The position numbers and the translations under genes were made by a program. Of a DNA stretch of 64,000 nucleotides, positions 1 through 12,189 are shown piece by piece (the stretch's first letter is position 1; each line of letters opens with the position of its first letter). The stretch comes from Botryllus schlosseri (taxonomy: Eukaryota). The notes below the pieces were generated by a model. That model was not told the DNA's origin. It was given only the letters and a program-made list of their open reading frames with translations, and did no database searches. The stretch covers positions 868,001-932,000 of the forward strand of contig CM119372.1 of the NCBI GenBank assembly GCA_051294905.1. The letters run 5' to 3'.

Positions 1-39
1 ATCTACTCGAGTGCCCCTAAAAGTACAAGTACTTCGTTA

Positions 40-415
40 TTATAATTCTGGTTGTCTAATTTGACTAATTGGTGCGAAATGTCGGTAATCTGATCTAATC
101 TGTGAAATGTTTCTATGCTCTGATTCAAAGCTAATCCAATTTCTGGTTTTCCTGAATGCTACAGGAGAACCGTATCGTGCAAAACGAGCCAATCTCGTTG
201 TACAGACATTTGCCATTCTCGTGTTTCTGAGAATCAACGTTGATTGAATATGAAGTGAACTCGATTTTTGTCTTATTTCTTTATGATTCGGAATTAAATT
301 CAATTTCCAAGTTTTTGTGAGTTCAGTGATTCTCATTCTAATGTCATTTGAAAAAAACTGTATAGCTATCATTCTAATCTAATTAGTAAAAGCCTAAAAT
401 ATTCTAGTTTTCCCA
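40..415 (+). repeat. Copy of the most abundant ~300-400 bp dispersed intronic repeat (probable MITE). Other copies at ~2330-2710, 5655-6015, 9400-9530(-), 12380-13075, 18390-18740, 34840-36930 (split), 38795-39165, 46200-46570(-), 53440-53785(-), 56775-57135(-), 59990-60800(-), 63010-63200(-)
   Basis: Shared blocks GCTACAGGAGAACTGT..GAAACGAGCCAA..CAGACATTTGCCATTCTC..GATATGAACTGAACTTG..TTCCAAGTTTTT..GCTGAAAATTTTCTAGTTGTC recur in all copies. The ends resemble an inverted pair (GACAACTAGA / TCTAGTTGTC). Confidence 0.85.
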
Positions 416-756
416 CTGTAGAAATTAGACTAGCGCGCCCGCGAGACGTAACGCAGTACTTTTACTTTACAAAGTAGTTAAAGTGGATTTTACCTGCTCA
501 CACTACTACAAGTGGTTATGATTATAGACTACTTCCTATTCTACTTGACAGTTCTCAGTTTTTAAAGCTAAACTAGGCCCATAGTACTTACTCTTTTACT
601 TAATTGTAAACTTCTACTTGAGTGTGATATGACGCGTTACTTCTACTTCTACTTGAGTGTGATATGACGCGTAACTTCTACTTCTACTTGAGTACCCACG
701 GTGACTACTATCACCGCCTCCGGACACGCCTCGAAGACGTAAAATAATTGCAGTAC

Positions 757-3700
757 CTTGTACACTGAGAATCCGATGTGATGATTTTCCAGTCCTTGAG
801 CCTTTCCCACTCTTCTGTATTCCTGCATCAGTCCGATGGCGACTGAACATTTGCCTTCGCTCTCAGGCTCGTCCACGGCCGCGTCGAAATCGTCTGAAAC
901 CGATCGGAAGGGGTATTTGAACAGCTTTAGGGGCATTGCTATGCTTAAACATGAAATAAATCATAGAGTCTACCTCTGGACACTTGCAAGCGGTGGTCGT
1001 CAGTATAAGTATATCGAGGTACTTCTGCTTTTTCAGAGTAGGGTTCGGGTGCCATAAACGTTGTGTGCTATAAACGTTCGGACGTCAATGAAACGCAAAT
1101 TCGATTGTTGACAAACTGTCGGAAATTTACGGATAACATGTGCTTAACCACAGGCACAAAAGTAAGTGCTTTTATAATGGCTAATATCAAACCGGCGGAC
1201 GTGGAAGCTACATCATTCCATAGCTTACTACATTATTCGCCATCGCACCGTACCCAGGAGAGGTGTGGGTTTAATTTTAATGGTTATATCCTATTAACAC
1301 TTTGTTGATGCACTGTTTATTATGTGCATCAATATTCTATATTAGATGTGTGCGTGTGTGTGTGATATGGGGGGGGGGGGGGGGAGGAAGTTTAAAGGCT
1401 TGCAGATTTGCGTAAGTGTTCCCCGGGTTCGTAAACATTAAAACCCACTGCTCTATACAGAAACCGTAGTCACCTGGTTCCCGTAGCTCCAAGTAATACT
1501 GCGGGTTCGTAGCAAACTTCTCGACCTCGTTTCTACATCCCCCAGCAGTCACACCCCTTACCCACGACCCTCTCGCTTTAGACAGGAACCACCTACAAAA
1601 AAGATGTTTGCTGAGATCTCATCAAATAACGCCACGTCCAGTTTCAACACGAATTTCTACTCAGTTACAAGTGAAAGTAGCGATTTTTCAAGACGTTCCA
1701 TTTTTTCAAGCATCCTTTCAGCGATACACAACGTATGTAAAACAGACCCGGGCATTCTACAGATACTGACCAAAAGCAGAGCCGGTCACTAGTCATTAAC
1801 GAAATGCTTTTACGTCTTAAAGTACTCAAAGTATATTTGGCTACTTGCACTACTCACTCGACTGGTTCTGTTGTTTTTCTACTTGTCAAATGCCATTTTT
1901 TGGCAGAATTAGGCCTAAAATACTTACTTTTTACTTGTTTGATAATGGCTACCTCTACTTCTACTTGAGTATAAATTTACGTTACGTTACTTTCTCACCT
2001 ACTGAACAGTTTTCAGTTTCCGGGGCCTACTCATTTGAAAATCACTACTTCCACATCTACTCAATAGTTTTCAATTTACAGGCAAAACTACTTTTTACTT
2101 GCTCAATAATCGCTACTTCTACATCTACTCACCGGTCGCCAGTTGGGGCTCCATCGCTGTCGAAATCGGGACCCATGGTGCAGACAGTTACGTCATTGAA
2201 GTAATTTGTGAAATCATCAAAATGCATCCACCATTCCCCGTTGTCGGCATCTGCGTAACCCAAGCGATCCTTGTCAGATTGGTCCACTTCGCCCCATGTT
2301 GATGAACTGCCATAAAACGGTGCAATTTGGGTAGATTTTCAAGTTTTTGCGAATTCAGTATTATAATTCAATTCTAATCAAATTTGTGAAATGTTTCTAT
2401 GCTCTCATTTTGATTCTAATCTAATTTGTGATTGTCCTAAAAATGCTACAGGAGAACTGTCTTGTACGAAACGAGCCAGACTCGGTGGACAGACGTTTGT
2501 CATCCTGGTGCTTGTGACAATGAGCTCTGATTTGATATGAAGTGAACTTGGATTTGCGTTGCATTTCTTTCAAATGCAGAATTTAATTCGATTTCCAAGT
2601 TTTTTTTCCGAGTTCAGTAATTCTAATTCTGATACAATTTGGAGAAAAATGTGTCGCTATCATTCTAATTATAATCTAATTTGGAAAAGCAGAAATGTTG
2701 TAGTTGTCTAACACTGCTTCACTATTCCGTATCGATGGCCGAATCGCAAATCGGTTACATAGAATGAATTCATAACCGGAAAACAGGTGGCTTTTCCATA
2801 CCTGTCGCTCCAATCGCCCTTCCATTCCACCTTGTTTCCCCACGGATTCCTTATTCGCAAGAGAGGAGCCCATCGTCCTCGGTGGTATATCTGCACGATA
2901 GCAATCTTTGAGTGTAACTATACGGGGCCAGACTTATACATACAAACCACCAATCTACTTAATTGACGATCAACTAACTGCCGATGTTTTTAAGTAGCTG
3001 TATAGTTCTAGTCGCAGATTTTCATAAGTGAGTAATTCTAGTTCCAGTTTTAGTTGCGCATCCGTAAAAAAAATAATTGCCGAACAACTGGAAAACATGT
3101 GTCGTCGTGTGGCGTGAATCGCGATACCGGTGTTTTGTTGTGTGATGTAGGCTTCCTTACAGCCATCGCTTCTAACAGTGGCGCGGCCAGCGGGTTGGTT
3201 TTGTGGTTCGGAGCCTCTCCCACCCATTTCAACCTTGAAACCCAGTCCTTTTGAAATGCTGATTCTATCTCCAATGTTTCTTAGCTCGTTTCAAATGCAG
3301 TAATTCGTATTATCAATTATTAGTTAATTGCGCCAAAGTGTATAAATATCGATCTATACTAATATGTAACATAGAACCCTGTCTTCTGCTGTTAGGTGGA
3401 AGTGGAATTAGCCAAAATAAACATAACCAATCAAGACAAAGCCTGTAGGCCTACTTTCGTACTCGGAAGAAGTACAGAGATACTTCATTACTGACCACCC
3501 CTGTGGGTGAGTGAACTGACCCTCTTGGCGTCGGTGACAGTGTAGGCGTGCGCGCTGACGAGACCCGTTCTTTTGTCTTCGACTTCCCCACTGCCTTCGA
3601 TGGAACAGCAGACGAACGTCTTGTTCTTGAAAGCTCTAAAACAGTGGTTAGTGTCCGTTGAAAACATGGCGAACCCTATCGCTATTCCGCAAGCCTTCGG

Positions 3701-6700
3701 GGAACCGAAATTATTTTGCCGAATCACAAAAACATAAATCCACCACATTACCATCAAATACGTTATTGCAGATTACTGGCACGCGAAATGAACTGCGCAT
3801 CAACAGACTTTTACAAGAATAAAACCATTATAACATGAATTTTACACAAAACAAAAACATTATAATGTATGTTATTGCAAATCAGCGTGAATTCTGCTGG
3901 CCAGTTCGAAATGCGAGGCTTCACCTTCAACTTCGCCTTAGAAAGTGCGAGATTTCGGAACGATGGGGTTTGTATTTCGGATCTCAACCTCCCGGACCCC
4001 TTCACATGCAGTCACAATTCCGTTACCGACCGAGCCTAATTGTCTGCAGTAAATGATTGCCAAGGCGTATTGTCACTAATCATACGAGTGAGTGAGTTTT
4101 TAAAAGGTTCTGTGTGAACGCGAACGTGGCGTCACGTGACGTCATATTGCTAGCACACAGTCCTCGTGCATGACACCTAGCGACGACTCGGGCCGCATGA
4201 TGCCTAAATGCTGAAGTATTTTTTAAGCGTCACCAAATGTGAAATGGGAAATCCAATGATATAATAATCCAGTATGAAATCGGGATCGACCCAGTACACT
4301 TGCTAATTTTTTTTAACGTTAGACAACGATATCAATGACTACCTACGTCTAGGGCTGGGCATAATGATTCGAGTACTCGAATCTGAATCGAGTATTAATT
4401 TTAATGATTCGAGTCGAGTAGTAAAAGACGATATTTTCGAGTACTGAAATTATACGGTTCTCGCCACTGAAAGTTAATTTATCAACGAGAATTATAGTTT
4501 CGATACTAATTTTCACTGTTGAAAGCCTTGAAACCTTGATTGGCGGTATCGTAGCATACGAAACATATAGTAAAAAGCTACGAAGGTTACTGGACATAAC
4601 ACATTTCTGAAGTCATGATTATCCCACAGAATGCATTGTCACCAAGTGGAATGAAATCGTTATAAACAAAAAATACCAAAGTATCATTAATGAGAGGGAT
4701 AACAGGCATTTTATTCTTTGTGGTGGCATTAACGGTACATATTTGAACTTTGATTATTACATTCCGTTATGACGTCATAGTGGGTGATACTCGATTACTC
4801 GACTCGACTCGAAGCATATTACATGATTCAGAATCGAATCACTCAGGTACTCGATTTTGCACAGCCCTACCTACGTCCTACGCTACATGTAGCATATTTC
4901 GCTCTTGATGTCGTGTGATTGCGGATCAAGCTTAAAGCAGAGAGACACTAAATATTCACGAGTCACGGAAAGCTGGATATTTCGAGCAAAATTTTGTAAC
5001 AAGGCAAGTAATACTTTTGAGATTGCCAGGGTGCAATCTCGTTTAGCGTTGATTTTTTATGCTGCCAGCGCCATATATAGAGTGACCTGCAGTTAAAATG
5101 CAATAAATTGCAATCAAAATGCCATAATGACGTGAAAATTTTGTATTATATGAAAAAGGTACACAGTGCAGAACCTATCAAAGTTCGTTTGTGAACGTGA
5201 ACCTCTAAATTTCTGCGGTTCACACACAGAACGCGAACGTGAACCTCACGTTCACACCATCCCTACTCCATAGTGAAACCCCGGCAGAGCTCAGGAACCC
5301 TTGGGATCACGAAAAACCCGGTATTAACCGCTGCAATAGAAGAAAGTTTTGTGGGCGATGTGGAAAAATGAAGCCAAGGAGTGTCTAACGATTCTGGAAA
5401 TAGCCTCGCGCTGCTACATTTGGACATGAATAGAAGCTCATCGCTGACAAATTTAGGCGCGTTGCGTTAATGGAACACCGCATCGAATCAGCGGTAATTC
5501 GTTGCGAAAACAAAGGTGTACTTGGCTTTGTTAGGATGTTATTTTAAAGGCTTCATGAAATCATCAAGCGTGAAACGTCGTGTGAACACATGTTTCCTAT
5601 GACTACATTTAGCGGTGGCAATCTATATAAATTGGGAAATGCCCGCGTCGAAGCAGACTTGGACAACTGAATAATTGTGGTTTCCTAATTAGACTAATCA
5701 TAGAGTGAAATGCCTCTAATCTGATTAGAATCTACTTTGTGAATTGTTTCTATTCTATCATTATAATTCTTTCTAATGTAATTTCTGGTGTTCTCGAAAA
5801 TGCTACAGGGGGAACTGTTTGAAGCAAAATGAGCCAAGTTTGCTGTACAGACATTTGTCATTTTCATGCTTATGACAGGTACACTCTAGTTCTAGATATC
5901 CCTGGCTTATGAGAATAATCTCTGATTTGATATAGACTGAACTTGGCTTTTGTTTTCTTCCTTTTCAATTTAGAATTGAATTCGATTTCCAAGTTTTTTT
6001 CGTTTTCTAGTAGTCTAACTCTGCGTCGAAGGGAGACACTGACTTGAACAACACGGAGTAGAGATTCTTCGGAGTTTTTTCTTTCAGCGGGTGGATGATG
6101 GCCAATCCGCCGGTGAGGTCTTCGAGCGCGTCCTGCGTGTACCCGCCTTCGAGAGCTTGATAAGAACCGTGAATTCTGAATGAAAGTACCAGTAGTCAAA
6201 ATAAGGTGTTGAAGAAGTCAGGGTTGGTACTCAGGTAGAAGAAACTCAGTAAATTTCTACTCAAGCACAGGTAACTATTTCAAATTAACTATTCTAGGTC
6301 TAGTTTGGTACAAAAAACTGAAAACGGTTATGTAGAAGTAGTCTAAAATTATAGCAGGGGCCCTATCGATATCGGATTTTTCAGGCAATCTAATAAATCC
6401 ATAAACTAGGACCCTCACCGATAACCAGATCCATTCAGATCAGTGGTTCTTAACCTTTTTTCCTCCAGCGCCCCCTTTCAAAAATTATCGTGCTCCAGCG
6501 CCCCCCAACCTCATATTGTAAGGAATGTAATAAAGACAATGAGTAAGAGGGAGGGCCGTAACAGCACTTCGTAAACCCACTAAAACCGATTGCCTTGCAC
6601 ACCCATAGCGTGATAAACCAAACTTCTGAGGGCTTCGCCCCCAAGAACTACGTAGCGTGATTTCGATGGTCAGCAAAGTTTGTGTGGCCTGGTCGCCATA

Positions 6701-9700
6701 GGTACCAAAATTTTCTATAATGCATGAATGAATAGGTGGTAGTTACATATCTAAGTCGCTATAAACTTTTTATCCTCTCAGCCCACGAAATCAGATTTAC
6801 CAGTAGCGCTGAGTGAGCTGTTGTATGGGAAAATAAAGGGCACGTAACTAATAATTAAGCATATTCGGGCGGGCGAACCCGTTGGTATGACTTCGTTGCA
6901 TGATGTTATTTCGTGACCTCCTGTCTGCTATATCAAAAAATATAGAATCGCCCAACAGGGATATCGCCCAACAGGACTATTTAGTTTTAGATATCCCTGT
7001 CGCCCAATCGTACTTAACTAAAAGACGCACACGATTTCAAATTGGTATTTCTTCACTGGCATATAATTTTTGCCCGCCAGATGGAATTCGTCTTCTGGGG
7101 TTCAGATTGCCAAGACAGGAACATTCGGTGCCAGTCATTTAGGCGCCTATAGACGATTAAACCTATATGTCTTTTGTAGGCTATATATAACGAAGTTTTC
7201 GGTGTTAATTTGCTCTGAATACTCATTAAGGGGTTGCCGGTAAACCCAGCCCTCGGTAAACCCAGCCTTACAAACCCAGCCCTCGGTAAACCCAGCCCTC
7301 GGTAAACCCAGCCCTCGGTGAACTCGGTCCTCGGGAACGTTTGTAATCAAGTGTATTAACAAGTATTATTATGAATTATTAAACTAATAATGTTATTATC
7401 AACTGATTTGTCGATCTTGTAAGGAGGTCGGGGCATGCGTTGATCACGATTGCGCAAGCGCCAAGCGCGGGAAAGAACGCATCACATATCGATCACGCGC
7501 TTGTGAATATTAGGGTTTCCGGGGGTGGGATATTAGGGTTGTGGGAGGGGGGATATTAGGGTTGCCGGAGGTGGGATATTAGGGTTTTGGGAGGGGGATA
7601 TTAGGGTTGCCGGGGGTGGGATATTAGGGTTGGGGATTAGGGTTGCTGGGATATTAGGGTTGTGGGAGGGGAGGGGGGATATTAGGGTTGTGGGAGGGGA
7701 GGGGGATATTAGGGTTGCCAGAGGTGGGATATTAGGGTTGGTGGAGGTGCGATATTAGGGTTGGTGGAGGTGGGATATTAGGGTTGGGGGAGGTGGGATA
7801 TTAGGGTTGGGGGAGGTGGGATATTAGGGTTGCCGGAGATGGGATATTAGGGTTGGGGGAGGTGGGATATTAGGGTTGGGGGAGGTGAGATATTAGGGTT
7901 GGGGATTAGGGTTAGGGTTGCTGGGATATTAGGGTTGTGGGAGGGGGGATATTAGGGTTGCCAGAGGTGGGATATTAGGGTTGGTGGAGGTGGGATATTA
8001 GGGTTGCCGGAGGTGGGATATTAGGGTTGGGGGTTAGGGTTGCCGGGATGCTGGGATATTAGGGATGCCGGTGAATACCAAATTTCCCGAGGGCCGAGTT
8101 CACCGAGGGCCGAGTTCACCGAGGGCCGGGTTCACCAAGGGCTGGGTTTACCGAGGGCTGGGTTTGTAAGGCTGGGTTTACCGAGGGCTGGGTTTACTGG
8201 TAATCCATTAAGGATATGTCCTACCACCACATCATCTACTGCGAAGCCATTTTTCTCCATCGCCCCCCATACCGCCCCCCTGATCCCAGCACCCCCCATA
8301 TCGCCCCCTGAGCGTTTCCGCCCCCTTCAAAACCGCCAGCGCCCCTTGGGGGGCGCTGGAGGCAAGGTTAAGAACCACTGATTCAGACGGTATTAGGTAT
8401 TAAAAATATGGTATCTAACTAAAGGCACATTTCCGAAACTTCACTGCTTAAACAACTTTACAGCCATTGATATACTTGGACATGAAATGAACTAGGAAGG
8501 CTACATCTGAACACTTGTAAGCAGAGGTGCCAGTAACGGAGTACTTCTATTATTAATTAAGTAGGTTTTGCCTACTCGCACTGATTACCCAAGTGGTTAT
8601 AATCGTAGACTCTCTCTGCTTCAAATTTTCATTTTTTAGGCGAAACTCGGCCTGGAATAAATGCTTTTCACATACTCGGAAATCGCTACTTCTACTTCTA
8701 CTTCTACTTGAGTACCAACGATTACTAGTTTGACCACTTCTGTCTGTAAGCTACAAGAAATAGATGAATATTCCTAGTCTAGCAGTCAGGAGATTATAGT
8801 TCTCCGACTCTTCACTACCGCGTTGTGACGTCGCGATACTTTCCGATATATTTTACCTCTAATGGCCGATACCGATATTTTTCAAAGTGTAATATCGTCG
8901 AACCGATATCGTCGGTCGGGCTCTAGATGGATGTAAATGCTATCATCCAGAACTGAAATCAAGCCACAGGCAGAACGGTACATAGATGACGTCACGCAAG
9001 CTGATTATTGCCTTAATGTATTCCGAATATACGATAAGATGATAACCATACAGATTCAAAAGTACTTAAATAGCTGGTTCGTGGTACAGAACTTGAATAT
9101 AGCTTTAAATACAATATCCATTGTATAGTAATATTTATTAACTAGAAGACTTTTCGGCTGCCTCTTTTCAAGAGTTATCGGCACACAACTCACTTGGCGT
9201 ATGCCTTTTCGAGAAGGGAAATCCAAAATTCGTCAGGGTCGCTCGATCTAGCGAAAACGACGCGGCCATTTTGAATTGGGAGTTGGTCATCTACAACCAC
9301 GTCCACCCAATGTCCGAATCGCCAGAACCGAAAGTGGAAAGCCCCGATGTAGTCACTCCCCGCTAGACTTTGGTCGGACGGGATGATCTGAAAGATGATA
9401 CCAACTAGAAACTATTCATTAGAATAGAATGAGAATAGAATGAGAATTATAGATACATATTTTAATTCCAAATCAGATTAGAATTAGAATGACTGACTTG
9501 GAAATTGAATTATAAACTCCGAATTAGAACGAAGTCCAGTGGCGAGATATCGTAGTGGTATAATTCACAGCTGCAACACCAATGGGTTGTGGGTTCTAGT
9601 CCGACGGAGGTCGACTCCAGAATTCCTATCTATGTGTTGGAGGTTTGTCTAGGCTCCTCGACATCTCATCCGTGTAAGCCAGTGGTTCCCAACGTGGGCG

Positions 9701-12189
9701 ATTTGGCGGTCTAGGGGGGGGGGGATAACGTAGGGGCAATAGGGGGGCGAAAACTGACGAAGTCCACTCACGAAAATGTAGCTGTAAAAGTGTCATTTCG
9801 AGGTCGAGCCGAAAAGTTGGCCTCGCTATTTTATTTAGTGAACTCGCCGGCGATTAAAGTTTAGTATGCTCATTTTCGGTTCTCAATATTTGGCGGGCGA
9901 TGATCGGTGTGGAGCTTGAAATGGGGGCGTTGAGTCCAAATAGGTTGGGAACCACTGGTGTACGCGGTGTCTTATAAAAAGCCTAGAAGTGTGCCGTGGG
10001 TCGGCAGCGACGGAATAAAAATGACGAAAATTGGCCTGGTGTAAATGACCATAATAGTCGACAAACACCATGAATACCTCAAAAAACAAACAGAACGAAA
10101 TCCAATAAAAATTAACTTCAGTTCATATCAAATCATCTCATATTCGCATAAGCATGAGAATGGCAAATATCTGTACATTGAGAGTATAGAAATAATTCAT
10201 TTGGTTGTGGACATCTGGTTCGGACAAGAAAAACCGAGTCCTGGAATTTGGATTCGAGTATTCCAGTATCACCCGATGTCACGCCATTACAGCATTGATT
10301 AAGTGGAAAGTTCAAATATGTAGCGTTTATGCGACCACATAAAAGATTGAAATTTGTATACCCAGCCCCCGTTAGAGATAATTTGTTTTCTCTCGACTAC
10401 ACCAGTTTAACAGAAATTTGGTTTCTATTTCAAGGCTTTCGAGGTTGGAAAATAGTTTTGAAACTGAAATTCTTGTTGCTGACAATTACAATGTCAGCGC
10501 TCGCAAAATTCGTCTTTCGCTACTCGACTCAAACCACGATAATTCATACTCGATTCGGGTTGAACTACTTGAATCAAAGTGCTCAGCTCTAATCATCACC
10601 CTGTTGATGTATCTCGGAATCCTGCAGATAGCGGCCACAGACGACAGCCACCAGCAATTGCCGAGCCTGCCCTGTTCGATGTCGTCGTCCGCCAATCCTC
10701 CTTTCACCAGCTTCGCTCGATTGGATAATTGCTGAAAAACAGTCAATCATGAGACTTTGGATGCATAAAACCTGAATATACGACCAAATAATATATTCAT
10801 ATTCAAATAAACCGTGTTGATATCCAACGATCTTTTTAATTCCCTACTAGTCGCTGACGATTACCCCCAACGTGCGCCAGCCTAAAATGTTCGAGTTTAT
10901 TTCAATACTATATTATGTTATCCAAATACTGCATGCGAGACCTCGACTAAACCAACCTTTTAAAACTACTTCCTCGATACTTGGAAATCGCTACTTCTTC
11001 CATACTTGTAATTGAGTAGAAAGTTTTGTCATTACTTCAGGTTCTACTTGAGTAGCAAGTCGAACGTCTAACTACTAGCAAAATCAAGGTGTCGTACGTG
11101 GGGCCGTTTCCATTCGATGCCTCTCCACTTGGAGGAGTTGTACTTGAAATAGAGCGACTCGTCGGCGGCTGGAAACGCTGAATCGCGGAATACGTATTGC
11201 GTGCCGTCTTCTTTGCTCTTTTTAAGGATGGCCTCTTTCGTTTCGTCGTAATTCTGTAAACAGGTAAAAATATCGTTAATTTTCGCGACGTTATTACAAC
11301 ATAGTAGTCAGTAAAGAGTCAGAGAATTAAAATATGCGACTGCTACACTGGGAATAATGATCAGTTTCTTTTAGCTTACAGGGGATCAGATACGGCCTTT
11401 CCAGTTTATTTCATGACATAGCATAGCAATAGCTGTAGATCGGTTCAAATATATGTTCTGAAGCCTTAAAAGTTCGATGTTATATCTTTTAAATATCGAC
11501 CGAATAGATCGGGGCTATTGGTGAAGGTGTTTCTTTAGCATCGAATTTTGGTGAACATCCCGAGTCCGTTTCATCTTAATAAACTTATTTGCTCGACCAG
11601 AATGATCGAACGCAATTGCTCAATTGGCGATATACTGATATCTAGTGACAAGTTCATTTAAGGCATCTGGTATCAAATTATAGTGCCTATTGCAAAAAGC
11701 CAACAGAGGCGATAAGCATCACTAGCATTTCGTTATTATCTTAACCTATGTTTTATGAGTCAACTGTCTTTCTTTCATTTAGTATCATTCTTATCAGGTA
11801 AAAAGGTTGCGATTTAACGTGAAAATACTTTTCCTCGCTTTTATTTCGTATAATAAAACCGCCGCTTGGCAAGAGCATTATCATACCGTTGACATTAATT
11901 TGTCAGGAATATTCTGGAAATTACATCCTGAGAAATTGTATGTCGCGAGACTTCGGGGTAATTTTCTCGTGTCGTACCGAAAAGTATTTGAGAAGCACAG
12001 ATCTAAAGAACCTACGGATTCAATTCCCAGCACGAATCGGTCGTTGTCGAGAGGCTGATCGAGATTCTCTATGATGTCCGGATCCACCCGGTCTTCTGCC
12101 GGAGGTCGAACCGGTGCGATGACATCCGGTTGTCTCTCGACTTCTGTTTTGCGGTCTTCCTCGTCGTCTGTCGACGATGAGTTGCCCAT
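757..12189 (-). CDS. Calpain-family cysteine protease, multi-exon, 3' end beyond the left edge of the window. Exons read approx.: 12189-12012/12016, (11928-11888 optional), 11253-11098, 10731-10600, 9387-9194, 6175-6044, 3635-3521, 2890-2802, 2306-2133, 1592-1474, 893-757
   Basis: Spliced translation at GT-AG boundaries gives calpain motifs in the correct order and phase: FRDSAFPA..WKRP, DIEQGRLGNCWWLSS (catalytic Cys), FHFRFWRFGHWVDVVVDDQLP, EFWISLLEKAYAK, GSYQALEGG, GLVSAHAYTVT (His), LLRIRNPWG (Asn), GEWWMHFDDF, and domain III GSWVRGVTAGGC..NPQY and VAIGLMQ. The first-exon donor is ambiguous. Subfamily not assigned. Confidence 0.93.
4350..4869. mobile_element. hAT-type MITE, ATTCG/CGAAT-rich family
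   Basis: TIRs TAGGGCTG...CAGCCCTA, perfect 8-bp TSD CCTACGTC on both sides, subterminal GATTCGAGTACTCGAATC repeats. Related pieces at ~10430-10590, 49600-49830, 50620-50685 and 61550-61745. Confidence 0.85.
7230..8207 (+). mobile_element. Foldback-like non-autonomous element, copy 1: TIRs built of tandem ~16-mers flanking a TTAGGG-containing minisatellite
   Basis: Left arm (AACCCAGCCCTCGGTA)n, right arm (TTCACCGAGGGCTGGG)n (reverse complement). TTAA lies just outside both ends. Central G-rich array at ~7508-8063. Confidence 0.8.
7508..8063 (+). repeat. G-rich minisatellite, ~23-nt unit GGGATATTAGGGTTGCCGGAGGT with variable G-rich half
   Basis: Roughly two dozen tandem units, each containing TTAGGG; a few pure TTAGGGTTAGGG stretches (~7907-7920, 8033-8041). 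Confidence 0.95.
8522..8742. mobile_element. hAT-type MITE, TACTT/AGTAG-rich family
   Basis: Ends CAGAGGTG...CACTTCTG, imperfect TSD CTTGTAAG/TCTGTAAG; same family as the clean copy at 32298-32549. Confidence 0.7.
9538..10095 (+). mobile_element. tRNA-derived SINE interrupted by a MITE
   Basis: Pol III A-box-like TATCGTAGTGG and B-box-like GGTTCTAGTCC. The body is colinear with the uninterrupted minus-strand copy at 43937-44210 once 9680-9957 is removed. Confidence 0.8.
9680..9957. mobile_element. hAT (Buster/Charlie-type target) MITE
   Basis: TIR CAGTGGTTCCCAAC / GTTGGGAACCACTG, TSD GTGTAAGC/GTGTACGC; sister copy at 19147-19449. Confidence 0.88.

Larger units (their letters stand above)
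6441..8380. mobile_element. hAT-type MITE (CAGTGGTT termini) carrying nested insertions, in a calpain intron
   Basis: TIR CAGTGGTTCTTAACC / GGTTAAGAACCACTG, TSD ATTCAGAT/ATTCAGAC. Contains a partial copy of the 57965-59313 family (from ~6551) and the telomere-array element. Confidence 0.85.

Noticed and set aside
611..692. ~38-bp tandem duplication CTTCTACTTGAGTGTGATATGACGCG
   Set aside because: Local duplication inside a TACTT-rich MITE; unremarkable.
7508..8063. CRISPR-like array (constant GGGATATTAGGGTT plus variable spacers); also 35404-36418
   Set aside because: The variable parts are ~9-nt G-rich variants of one another, the context is eukaryotic, and there are no cas genes; it is a minisatellite.
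8040..8381. ORFs with repeated PRAGFT peptides (also 7147-7362 and 36563-36835)
   Set aside because: Translations of the tandem 16-mer TIRs.
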